A stretch of DNA of 64,000 nucleotides from Clostridia bacterium (lineage in GTDB: Bacteria > Bacillota > Clostridia > TANB77 > CAG-508). The stretch spans positions 64,437-128,436 of the forward strand of contig JAGBJN010000006.1 in NCBI GenBank assembly GCA_017934475.1, in the 5' to 3' direction. The position numbers were made by a program, and so were the translations under genes. The notes beneath the pieces are model-generated. The model did no database searches. It had not been told where the DNA came from and worked only from the letters and a program-made list of their open reading frames with translations. Every line of letters starts with the position of its first letter. Position 1 is the stretch's first letter. This document shows positions 37,848-46,136 of this stretch, piece by piece.

Positions 37848-38849
37848 CTATCCTATATATTTTCTGTGTGAATTTTTCACATTATTTTGATTAACCATAG
37901 CGTAATGCATTGTTGTTTCTATTTTTACATGTCCTAATAACTTCTGAACTTGTTCTATTGGCATTCCTTTATCTATTGCCATTGTAGCTAAAGTTCTCCT
38001 AAATTTATGAGGATGTACTTTATTTATATTTGTTTCAAATCCTAAATTTCTAACTATTCTCTCGACTCCAGATATTGAAAGTCTTTGATGAGGTTTATTC
38101 TTTGAAACAAATAAGGCATTATTATTATCTTTTCTTGATTCGAGATATTGCTTCGAATGTATTTTGGTTCTAGCATCAAAATATACCTCTCTTTGTTTAT
38201 TTCCTTTTCCTTGTACTATACAAGATCTATCTTCAAAGTTTATATCTTCTATATTTAAGTTTACAAGTTCTCCTACTCTTATTCCAGTTGAATATAACAG
38301 CTCAATCATTGCTAGATCACGAATAAACTTACATTCATCTCGCATAGTTTCTATGTTTTCATCAGAAAATGTTTCTTTCACTAAAGTTGCTGTTTTAACT
38401 CTATGAATTCTTCTAACTGGACTTTTTATAATATAATCTTCATCTTCTAACCATGAGAAGAAGCTTGAAAATATTCTTCTTAAATTGTCTATTGTTACGC
38501 TGCTACATTTGTTTAAATCTTTATAATCTGATAAATATTTCCTAATGTCTTCAGTTGTAATTATTTTTATAGGTTTATCAAGTTTTAATATTAGATTTTC
38601 AATATTTTCCCTATAATATTTTATTGTTCTTACAGAGCAACCTTCGACTTCTTTAGCTGATAAAAAGGAATTTATGTATTTTTCATTAGTGTTTTGTTCT
38701 TCTTTTTTCTTTATTTCATCAGTTAATACTGTTATTTCAATATTTTTAAACTGAATTATTAGTACATTTTTCAATAATTCTAGCTGATAATTAGTCAAAT
38801 TATTGGACATTTCATTTGTGATTGTTAAAATTACTTGTTCTTTTTCCAT
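37848..38849 (-). CDS. tyrosine site-specific recombinase (XerC/D-like) embedded between hsdS genes
   Basis: C-terminal catalytic pattern: GIRVGEL (Arg), HPHKFRRT (HxxR), LLGHVKIETTMHY (His, Tyr). Confidence 0.9.
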   Translation of the reverse strand: MEKEQVILTITNEMSNNLTNYQLELLKNVLIIQFKNIEITVLTDEIKKKEEQNTNEKYINSFLSAKEVEGCSVRTIKYYRENIENLILKLDKPIKIITTEDIRKYLSDYKDLNKCSSVTIDNLRRIFSSFFSWLEDEDYIIKSPVRRIHRVKTATLVKETFSDENIETMRDECKFIRDLAMIELLYSTGIRVGELVNLNIEDINFEDRSCIVQGKGNKQREVYFDARTKIHSKQYLESRKDNNNALFVSKNKPHQRLSISGVERIVRNLGFETNINKVHPHKFRRTLATMAIDKGMPIEQVQKLLGHVKIETTMHYAMVNQNNVKNSHRKYIG

Positions 38850-38886
38850 ATAATATTGCTCCTTTCAGCAATATTATACTTCGCTA

Positions 38887-38973
38887 TAACAAATAACAAT
38901 TTGTATGACTAAATTTCAATTTTATCTAGGTCTATTTCTCCATTCATAAGTTTTGGTAGTATAGTATCTCTGA
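38887..38973. repeat. 87-bp direct repeat, copy B
   Basis: See 36659-36745; same orientation. Confidence 0.9.
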
Positions 38974-40114
38974 TTTGTTCTAAATTCTCAATTTGCTTTG
39001 TTTTATTATATATTCTATCTATTATTGGTTTAATAATATCAGTAAAACTTTGCATTTCATTTTTAGTTGGAAGCTTCAATTTGAATTGTTTTAAATCAGC
39101 CATTCTTATACCTTTTTGAACGCTACCACTTGCCTTATTTACTGCATAATTTTGCATATTTTTATTCAAAAGTAATAAATATAAGAATTCCGATGAACAT
39201 TTTTCATTTGGTCTAATAGTAAATATAGATTCGCTGATATTCCAATTATCTGGAATATCTTTTATTAAATAAACTCTTCCTATTGTTCCTATTCCTGAAA
39301 AAAGTAAATCTCCTACTTTTAGATCTGATCTTTTATTTATTTTTAGTATTGCTTCGTCATCTACTTTATCGCATTTATCATTTAGAATAACATCATTATT
39401 TTGCATATTTTTTATGGTTACATAATAATTAGAGCCATGACCTAAAACAAAGTTTTTTCTTGGGTTAAGCCCTGTTGCAAATTTTGAAGTTATATCATCT
39501 AAAGTTACTTCTTCCCATAGGTCGTATCTTTCATTATTTAGATATTTTTCTTTAAATATATTGTCGAGTATTTTATACAAATTATTATTTGTATGCTTAT
39601 TTTGAGCTATTTTTTTTGTAATGCTCTCTAGTAGCATTACGATTTTGTCTTGGTATTCTCTATTTGGCAAATCAATCTCTAAATCTCCATACATTTTTGC
39701 ATTTATATTTCCTCTTGTACTTCCTGTTTGAATTTCTTTTACCCAATTTTTATATTTATTTGTCATCGTATAATATTTGATATATTTAGGGTTTACTTTT
39801 GATTCATCTAAACTGAATTTTATTAAGAATCCTGCATACACTAAATCTTTTATAGTTCCATCATAAAAGTATGTTTTTCCTGTACTGTTTCCAGTTCTTG
39901 CAAAACAAATATCATTTTCTTCAAGAAGATATTCTTTAGAATTTGGATCATTTACAGATTTCAATTCATTTTCGTTTATTGTGCCATCTTCAGAAATATC
40001 TGTTATTCTTAAATATTTATATAAATCCTTATTAAAATCAACTGCTGCTGCTCCAATTCCGTAATTACCTTGCCCTTTTGAAATATCTTTTAATTTAATT
40101 TTATTAAATTTCAT
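38909..40114 (-). CDS. hsdS: type I R-M specificity subunit, full length (two TRDs)
   Basis: 401 aa with central HTNNNLYKILD and C-terminal RDTILPKLMNGEIDL conserved regions. It overlaps hsdM by 11 nt. Confidence 0.9.
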   Translation of the reverse strand: MKFNKIKLKDISKGQGNYGIGAAAVDFNKDLYKYLRITDISEDGTINENELKSVNDPNSKEYLLEENDICFARTGNSTGKTYFYDGTIKDLVYAGFLIKFSLDESKVNPKYIKYYTMTNKYKNWVKEIQTGSTRGNINAKMYGDLEIDLPNREYQDKIVMLLESITKKIAQNKHTNNNLYKILDNIFKEKYLNNERYDLWEEVTLDDITSKFATGLNPRKNFVLGHGSNYYVTIKNMQNNDVILNDKCDKVDDEAILKINKRSDLKVGDLLFSGIGTIGRVYLIKDIPDNWNISESIFTIRPNEKCSSEFLYLLLLNKNMQNYAVNKASGSVQKGIRMADLKQFKLKLPTKNEMQSFTDIIKPIIDRIYNKTKQIENLEQIRDTILPKLMNGEIDLDKIEI

Positions 40115-41624
40115 ATCCTATCGCTCCTAACACTTTCTTTAACTCTATATTAAGAGCTTCTTCTTCTTTTAATTGTTCTGATAATTCTGCTGTAAGTTTT
40201 TGCATTTTTTCTTCAAAAGGAATTCCATCTCCTTCATCCTCTGGAGTTCCAACATATCTACCTGGAGTTAGAGCATAATCGTTTTCTTTTACTTCTTCAA
40301 TAGTTGCTGATTTGCAGAATCCTAATTCATCTTCATAATTTGATTCGTTTCTCCAATTATGATATGTTGTAGCTATTTTTGAAATATCTTCTTCAGTTAA
40401 TTCTCTTACTTTTCTGTCAATCATTGAACCTAAATTTCTAGCATCTATAAATAATACTTTGTTTCTTGTCTTTTCATCTCTGTTTCTCCTCATAATCCAA
40501 AGAGAACAAGGAATTCCAGTAGCGTAGAATAATTGACTAGGCATAGCAACTATACATTCAACTACTCTACCTTCTATCATATTCTTTCTTATTTCGCCTT
40601 CTCCGCTTGAATCACTTGCCAATGCTCCATTAGCTAATACTGTTCCTGCAACTCCGTTTTCTGGGTTTAAATGATGTATCATGTGTTGAAGCCATGCATA
40701 ATTTGCGTTTCCTACTGGAGGAATTCCATATTTCCATCTAACATCATCTCTTAATTTATCTCCGCCCCAATCTGAAATGTTAAAAGGTGGATTTGCTAAT
40801 ATAAAATTAGCTTTAAGTGATTTATGTAGGTCATTATGAAATGTGTCAGCATTTCTATCTCCTAAATTTCCTTCTATTTGTCTAATAGCTAGGTTCATTT
40901 TAGCTAGTTTCCATGTTGTAGGATTTAACTCTTGACCATATACAGAAACTTCTCTTGAATTTCCTTGATGTTCTTTTACAAATTTATATGATTGTACGAA
41001 CATTCCTCCAGATCCACAACAAGGATCATAAACGATTCCTTTATATGGTTCTATCATTGAAACTAAAGTTCTAACTATGCAAGAAGGTGTATAGAATTCT
41101 CCTCCATTCTTTCCTTCAGCTGAAGCAAATTTACTTAAAAAATATTCATATACTCTTCCTAACATATCTACTTCTTTAGCTCTATCTGTTCCAATCTCTA
41201 AATTAGTAAACAGTGTAACAAGTTCTCCTAATCTTGTTTTATCTATTTCTGGTCTTGAATAGTTTTTATTTAATACATTTTTTAATCTAGGATTTTCTTT
41301 TTCAATTAAATCCATAGCCTTATCAATTACTTGTCCTATTTCTGGACTATTTGTATATTTTACTATTTCTTCCCATCTTGCTTCTTTAGGAATCCAGAAA
41401 ACATTTTCAGAAAGATATTCATCCTTATCTTCTGAATCTGCATATTCGTCTTGAGCTATTTGTTGTTGTCTTACTTCAAATGCATCAGAAACATATTTTA
41501 AGAATATCAAACCTAAAGCAACATGTTTGTACTCTGAAGAATCCATACTTCCTCTTAATTTATCTGCTGCAAGCCATAGCTTGTCTTCACATCCTAACAT
41601 TGTACTTGATTCTTTCTTTGCCAT
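40104..41624 (-). CDS. hsdM: type I R-M N6-adenine DNA methyltransferase subunit
   Basis: Motif I VYDPCCGSGGM, motif IV ILANPPFN and the N-terminal HsdM helix bundle (LWLAADKLRG). Confidence 0.95.
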   Translation of the reverse strand: MAKKESSTMLGCEDKLWLAADKLRGSMDSSEYKHVALGLIFLKYVSDAFEVRQQQIAQDEYADSEDKDEYLSENVFWIPKEARWEEIVKYTNSPEIGQVIDKAMDLIEKENPRLKNVLNKNYSRPEIDKTRLGELVTLFTNLEIGTDRAKEVDMLGRVYEYFLSKFASAEGKNGGEFYTPSCIVRTLVSMIEPYKGIVYDPCCGSGGMFVQSYKFVKEHQGNSREVSVYGQELNPTTWKLAKMNLAIRQIEGNLGDRNADTFHNDLHKSLKANFILANPPFNISDWGGDKLRDDVRWKYGIPPVGNANYAWLQHMIHHLNPENGVAGTVLANGALASDSSGEGEIRKNMIEGRVVECIVAMPSQLFYATGIPCSLWIMRRNRDEKTRNKVLFIDARNLGSMIDRKVRELTEEDISKIATTYHNWRNESNYEDELGFCKSATIEEVKENDYALTPGRYVGTPEDEGDGIPFEEKMQKLTAELSEQLKEEEALNIELKKVLGAIGYEI

Positions 41625-41644
41625 TCTTATCCCTCCACTTTTGT

Positions 41645-41860
41645 TTATAATGAGCCTTTAAGAGTTAATCCTAATAACTCTAATTCAACTTCAATCTTAT
41701 TTATTTCGTTTTGTAATAATCCCATATCTTTTAGTTGAGATTTTTTATAACTACTTAACTGTCCTAAAGTATTTATTTCATTTTCTTTTAATGTATCTAG
41801 TGCTTTTTGATTTACATCTAGTCTATCTACGAATTGACTAAAATACTTATTTTCTTGCAT
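41645..41860 (-). CDS. 71-aa stand-alone RNAP alpha-CTD-like helix-hairpin-helix protein
   Basis: VDRLDVNQKALDTLKENEINTLGQLSSYKKSQLKDMGLLQNEINKIEVELELLGLTL follows the alpha-CTD pattern (L.V..ra.n.Lk...I.t.G.L......L....g....eI...L...GL.L). Confidence 0.5.
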   Translation of the reverse strand: MQENKYFSQFVDRLDVNQKALDTLKENEINTLGQLSSYKKSQLKDMGLLQNEINKIEVELELLGLTLKGSL

Positions 41861-42134
41861 TTTTTACACCCCTTTGTTTTATTGCTATCAATAATTGATT
41901 TTGTTCTACTTCATATTTTTGTCCTTCGTAGTTATATTTTTGACCTGTTCTATAAATTTTGTAGTTATTATTTTCTAATTTTATACTTACTAAATGAAGA
42001 AAATTTAATGTTTCTTCTGAAGATAAATTAAGCTTTACTCTTAATTCATAGAAAGTAAAAATTATGTAATTTTCATTCTGTTTTAGCTTATTTTCTAGGT
42101 ATAAATCAATTTGCTGTAAACTCATTAAATTCAC
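41847..42134 (-). CDS. 95-aa protein, unknown function; first ORF of the R-M block
   Basis: ORF overlapping the next gene by 14 nt. No motif recognised. Confidence 0.45.
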   Translation of the reverse strand: MNLMSLQQIDLYLENKLKQNENYIIFTFYELRVKLNLSSEETLNFLHLVSIKLENNNYKIYRTGQKYNYEGQKYEVEQNQLLIAIKQRGVKNARK

Positions 42135-42290
42135 TCCATTCCGTCTTACAATAATTCAGAATAAATTATATCAAAAAATGAAAAAAATGTCGATAGTTTT
42201 TTACCTACGAATTCTTGTTCTTATAAGCGTTTCAGACAAATAAAAATAACAAAACCTTATCAATCAAGAATGATCAATAAGGTTATTTAA

Positions 42291-42950
42291 CTATTTATTC
42301 ATTTTGCCATTTAAAAATTGATACATGTAAGAACATTCTAACATGTGATTCTTTAGTTGTAATTCTGCATATCTTCTAAATTTTTCTCTAAATCTTTTAG
42401 GAATTTTATCTAAATCACTAAATAATTGTGCCAATTCATTATTAACCTCTTTATAATATGGATCATATATATATTGCATAGCATTTTTATTCATTATATC
42501 TACTGTTACATTTATATTTTGTTCGCTAAAACTATAATATAAATGTTTTGTTAATTTTGTTTCTTCCCCTTTAGCAATATTTCCAATTTCATTTGCTAGA
42601 TCAACTTCTTTATCTAAAATGAAATAAGAATATACATGTATTCCTTTTTGACTACAAACTCTTTCAATATCATAAGTAGGATATCCAGAATGTATTATAA
42701 AGATAGGCTGAAATCTTGTTACATCGTCTTGTATTTCCTTTATTATATCAGAAGCAGGTTTGTCTTGTTTAAGCTCATTCGTTAAAACAATAGAAGGATT
42801 ATATTTTTCTATTGCTTCTCTCATTTCTTCGCTATTATTAGTTTCAACATCTAAAACTTCTATGTCTATATTCTTTTTTATTAAATCATCTTTTAGCCAT
42901 CCTGCTTGTTCTTTATGAGTATTTGCAATTAAAATCGTTTGTTTTTCCAT
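42291..42950 (-). CDS. pseudo-receiver (REC-like, no acidic pocket) + helical C-terminal domain protein
   Basis: N-terminal beta-alpha pattern TILIANTH..IDIEVLDV..PSIVLTNE resembles CheY-like REC, but the DD and phospho-Asp positions are replaced. Confidence 0.35.
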   Translation of the reverse strand: MEKQTILIANTHKEQAGWLKDDLIKKNIDIEVLDVETNNSEEMREAIEKYNPSIVLTNELKQDKPASDIIKEIQDDVTRFQPIFIIHSGYPTYDIERVCSQKGIHVYSYFILDKEVDLANEIGNIAKGEETKLTKHLYYSFSEQNINVTVDIMNKNAMQYIYDPYYKEVNNELAQLFSDLDKIPKRFREKFRRYAELQLKNHMLECSYMYQFLNGKMNK

Positions 42951-43108
42951 TTATTTCTACCACCTTTTTAAAACTTTATTCATTATAGCACATCTGTTTA
43001 ATATTATCAACCCATTTATGCTCATATTTCGAGTAAATGTATCTAGTATTAAAAGTCGAATAATACTTATATAATTTACTCATAATACGAGTGTAAGGAG
43101 GTTTAACT

Positions 43109-43444
43109 ATGAGTGCGATAGATAGGTTATATAATATCAACAATAGAACTACAAAAAAATCTGTAAATATAGATGATTCTCTTTATAGAAAACTTATCCA
43201 TTTTACACAGAATAAATTTGACGCTACTGTTAGCGATTTAATAAATGTTGCTATTGAAGATTATTCGACAAAAAACAACCCTAATTTTTACGGAAAACCT
43301 GAAAATGAATCTGTTACTTACAGAAGTATAATGCTTCGTGAAGATAATATCGACTGGCTTTTTAAAATTTCAAAGAAGTCAGGTATTTCTGTAACAAGAT
43401 TAGTAAATGCAGCTATAAAAGAATTTATAGACAAGGTCAAGTAA
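43109..43444 (+). CDS. tandem ribbon-helix-helix (CopG/Arc-like) protein
   Basis: Two RHH-like units: KSVNIDDSLYRKL..VSDLINVAIEDY and YRSIMLREDNIDWL..VTRLVNAAIKEFI. AAGGAGG RBS. Confidence 0.45.
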   Translation: MSAIDRLYNINNRTTKKSVNIDDSLYRKLIHFTQNKFDATVSDLINVAIEDYSTKNNPNFYGKPENESVTYRSIMLREDNIDWLFKISKKSGISVTRLVNAAIKEFIDKVK

Positions 43445-43527
43445 TTTTTATAACTGATTATACTACAATTTATTTGTCGAAATTTGTCATAATTTGTAAC
43501 AAAAATAAAAAAAGAGTCTAACTCAAG

Positions 43528-43722
43528 CTATAAGCTCAAGTTAGACTTATTTTGTTTTGTATATATCACTTCTTTTATTTCTGAATTAGTAATTTCTTTA
43601 AATTCTAAAGTTTTACCTTCTTCAGTTAAAATTTCTGCTCTATAAGTATTTTTATTTATTCCTAAAATAGTAGCATTATTGCCATTATTTAATTTTACAA
43701 CATCAAATAATTTAATTTTCAT
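43528..43722 (-). CDS. 64-aa small protein (DUF4926-like)
   Basis: Start moved to MKIKLFDVVKL (GGGAG RBS), which removes the overlap with the CHAP gene. Confidence 0.4.
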   Translation of the reverse strand: MKIKLFDVVKLNNGNNATILGINKNTYRAEILTEEGKTLEFKEITNSEIKEVIYTKQNKSNLSL

Positions 43723-43772
43723 TTTCTTTAGCTCCCTCTTTATATTAAATATTTTATCATATTTTGTCAATT

Positions 43773-45029
43773 TTAGTGATGACCTTTCCATGCTTCCATT
43801 GTTTTTTCATAGTCATTACCTTTTGGCTGTTGAACTGCTCTAGGATTCATTTCTTGAAGTGCTTGTACTCTATTAGATCCAAAACCTAAAATTTGAACAT
43901 CATCTTTATCGTAAGTTCTTTCTTTACACTCATCTCCTGAATTTCCCTCTATTGTATGTATTGTATGGCTTTCTACATCATACACTTTTATAATTCCAAC
44001 ATGATCTGAAAGACCATCTTGCGTTCCTGTTTCTTTATCTTTCCAATCAAAGAATATAATGTCGCCTGGTACTGGGAAAAAGTCTTCAGTATTATCGAAC
44101 CATAATCCTTTTTCTTTATACCATTCTACTCCATTAACACATCCTGAAAATTTAGGAGTTTTACCTTCTTCTATATACCCTACTTGATCAGCGCACCACG
44201 AAACAAAACAAGCGCACCATTCAACTCTTGAATCAAATCCGTACCAACTCCAATATGGATCTCCTCCAGTTACTCCTATTTGAGTTTGCGCTACTGCAAC
44301 TATATCGCTATTCCATAATTCTTTTGTATCTGCATCTCCACCAGAGTTAAATATAGCTAAAATTCCTCCAAATAAACATACTACTAATATTATAATTACT
44401 GAAACCCATCCACCTGCAATTAGTAATTTAATTAGAGCAGAAGTTGCTTTTACCATTGCCTTAATTATTTGTATCATTGCTTTAATCGCTGCTTTTGTTG
44501 CTTTTGCTGTTGCTTGAGCTGCCTTTTTTGCCATTTGTACTGCTCTTCTTGTATTTTTTGCTGTTTCTTTAGCAACTTTAGCAGAATTCTTTGCAACTTT
44601 TTCAGTAGTTTTTATAGATTTTCCAGTTAATTTAACACCTTCTTTTGATGTCTTAATACTTCCTTTAACTCTTTTTAAATTATCTTTTGATTTTATTGTA
44701 CCTTTTAATTTTTTAGCTGCTGCTTTTTCTTTAGCTCGTGTTTTATATGCTTCAACTTGATTCTTTGCTTTTCTAAAATTTTCTTTTGTATCTTTAACAG
44801 ATTTAATCCCTTGTCTATTAAATTCTTCAGTTCCTCTTTTAGCAATTTGCTTTTCTGTATTTTTAACTTTATTTGTTGCATATTCATTACTAGAATAAGA
44901 ATCATCTTTATAAGCATTTTCAGACTTGTCTTTAATATTAACAATGTTGTCTTTTATTCTTTCTGTTCCTATTCTAGCTCTATCTAATGTTTTAACTGTT
45001 CCTCTTACTTTAGTTTTAATATCAGCCAT
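43773..45029 (-). CDS. conjugation-associated cell-wall hydrolase, CHAP domain, with Lys-rich coiled-coil and TM helix
   Basis: C-terminal CHAP: catalytic Cys in VEWCACFVSWC and His in LSDHVGII. TM helix LLIAGGWVSVIIILVVCLFGGILAIF. Confidence 0.8.
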   Translation of the reverse strand: MADIKTKVRGTVKTLDRARIGTERIKDNIVNIKDKSENAYKDDSYSSNEYATNKVKNTEKQIAKRGTEEFNRQGIKSVKDTKENFRKAKNQVEAYKTRAKEKAAAKKLKGTIKSKDNLKRVKGSIKTSKEGVKLTGKSIKTTEKVAKNSAKVAKETAKNTRRAVQMAKKAAQATAKATKAAIKAMIQIIKAMVKATSALIKLLIAGGWVSVIIILVVCLFGGILAIFNSGGDADTKELWNSDIVAVAQTQIGVTGGDPYWSWYGFDSRVEWCACFVSWCADQVGYIEEGKTPKFSGCVNGVEWYKEKGLWFDNTEDFFPVPGDIIFFDWKDKETGTQDGLSDHVGIIKVYDVESHTIHTIEGNSGDECKERTYDKDDVQILGFGSNRVQALQEMNPRAVQQPKGNDYEKTMEAWKGHH

Positions 45030-45087
45030 TATATTCTCCTTTCCAACAAAAAAGAAGCCGATTACTCGACTTCAAATTTGTTTGATA

Positions 45088-45702
45088 TTAAATTTTATCT
45101 AATATATTTAAAATTTGTTTTCTATATTCTTCTTGACCTATCTGCGAAGAATAGTGCATGATTTTTACTATTTTATATTCTTTGCTTAAGTAGTTATCTA
45201 ATATCTCATAAGCAAATCCACCCATAGCAATCAGAACTGGTTTATCATGAGATAAAATTCTTAATTCATTTCTAAAATCATTTATATTCGATTCTACAAT
45301 ATCAGGATTATTTTTTAAATAATTCTTTACTTTAGCAGAATCAACTTCAGGATATTTTTTTATAATATCTGTAATATATCCTCCCCAATACTTCGTACCT
45401 AATAAAGCATACCTCAATTTATAATCCTGTTGATAAGCATAATCACTATGAAAATTAAGCCATGAACCATATTTGCCATCTCGTCTTTTTCCATGTGTAC
45501 TTGAAGCGTTTAACCCAACAAATACATATTTATCATTTAATTTGTCTAGTAAATTTTCATCGTCAAATACACTCATATCACTTGTATTTGATTTAGGTCT
45601 TTCATCTGGCTCTTTCCATATTGCCCAACTAGAAACATCTCCATATAGTCTTTCTAATTTATCATAACTTGATTTAGCAACCAAAGCAATCAATCCTTTC
45701 AT
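45088..45702 (-). CDS. 204-aa protein with a UDG-superfamily-like motif order (tentative)
   Basis: YVFVGLNAS (motif-A position), VLIAMGGFAY and VKIMHYSS (motif-B position) occur in the order and spacing seen in uracil-DNA-glycosylase-fold proteins. Confidence 0.3.
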   Translation of the reverse strand: MKGLIALVAKSSYDKLERLYGDVSSWAIWKEPDERPKSNTSDMSVFDDENLLDKLNDKYVFVGLNASSTHGKRRDGKYGSWLNFHSDYAYQQDYKLRYALLGTKYWGGYITDIIKKYPEVDSAKVKNYLKNNPDIVESNINDFRNELRILSHDKPVLIAMGGFAYEILDNYLSKEYKIVKIMHYSSQIGQEEYRKQILNILDKI

Positions 45703-45721
45703 ATACTTATTCTTTTATTGG

Positions 45722-46048
45722 TTAAGAATTTATATTCTTTTGTTCTTCAATATATTTTTCTGGATCATATACTTCATAACAATCAGGAAAATAATTGTTA
45801 TCACGAACTAAAATATATCCCCACCATTCGTCATACTTTTCTTTAATTTCAATCTTTTTAGCAATAAGATCTTTATATGTTATTTCTTTATCTCTATTTT
45901 CTTGAAGAAACTTTAAAAATTCTAACTCTCTCTTTTTGCCTCTAAAATCATAGACTATACTTTTTATAGTTTTTTCATCTGCTCCCTGTAATTTTAGTTC
46001 TTCTATAATTTCTTTTTCATGAGGCTTTAAATTAATTGGTAAAGACAT
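45722..46048 (-). CDS. 108-aa protein, unknown function
   Basis: ORF with coding-like composition within the conjugation module. Confidence 0.45.
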   Translation of the reverse strand: MSLPINLKPHEKEIIEELKLQGADEKTIKSIVYDFRGKKRELEFLKFLQENRDKEITYKDLIAKKIEIKEKYDEWWGYILVRDNNYFPDCYEVYDPEKYIEEQKNINS

Positions 46049-46136
46049 TTTTCCACTTCCTATATAAACCTATTTATGCTCGTATTATATCAAAAAAGTT
46101 CAATTTTTACAAGCTACGCAGACATTTTATGACCAA

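Noticed and set aside
37848-38849. Taking this tyrosine recombinase as the ICE integrase
   Set aside because: It is nested between hsdS cassettes that share repeats, which is the classic position of an hsdS-shuffling recombinase. It lies 5-6 kb from the nearest conjugation gene and has no adjacent excisionase.
44705-44944. 79-aa same-strand overlapping ORF within the CHAP hydrolase gene
   Set aside because: It is an alternative frame of an AAA/AAG-rich Lys coiled-coil region. Its translation is equally low-complexity, and it has no RBS.
43773-45029. Lys/Ala-rich repetitive N-terminal half of the CHAP protein as a DNA-level tandem repeat
   Set aside because: There is no fixed period at the nucleotide level. 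It is compositional coiled-coil low complexity.
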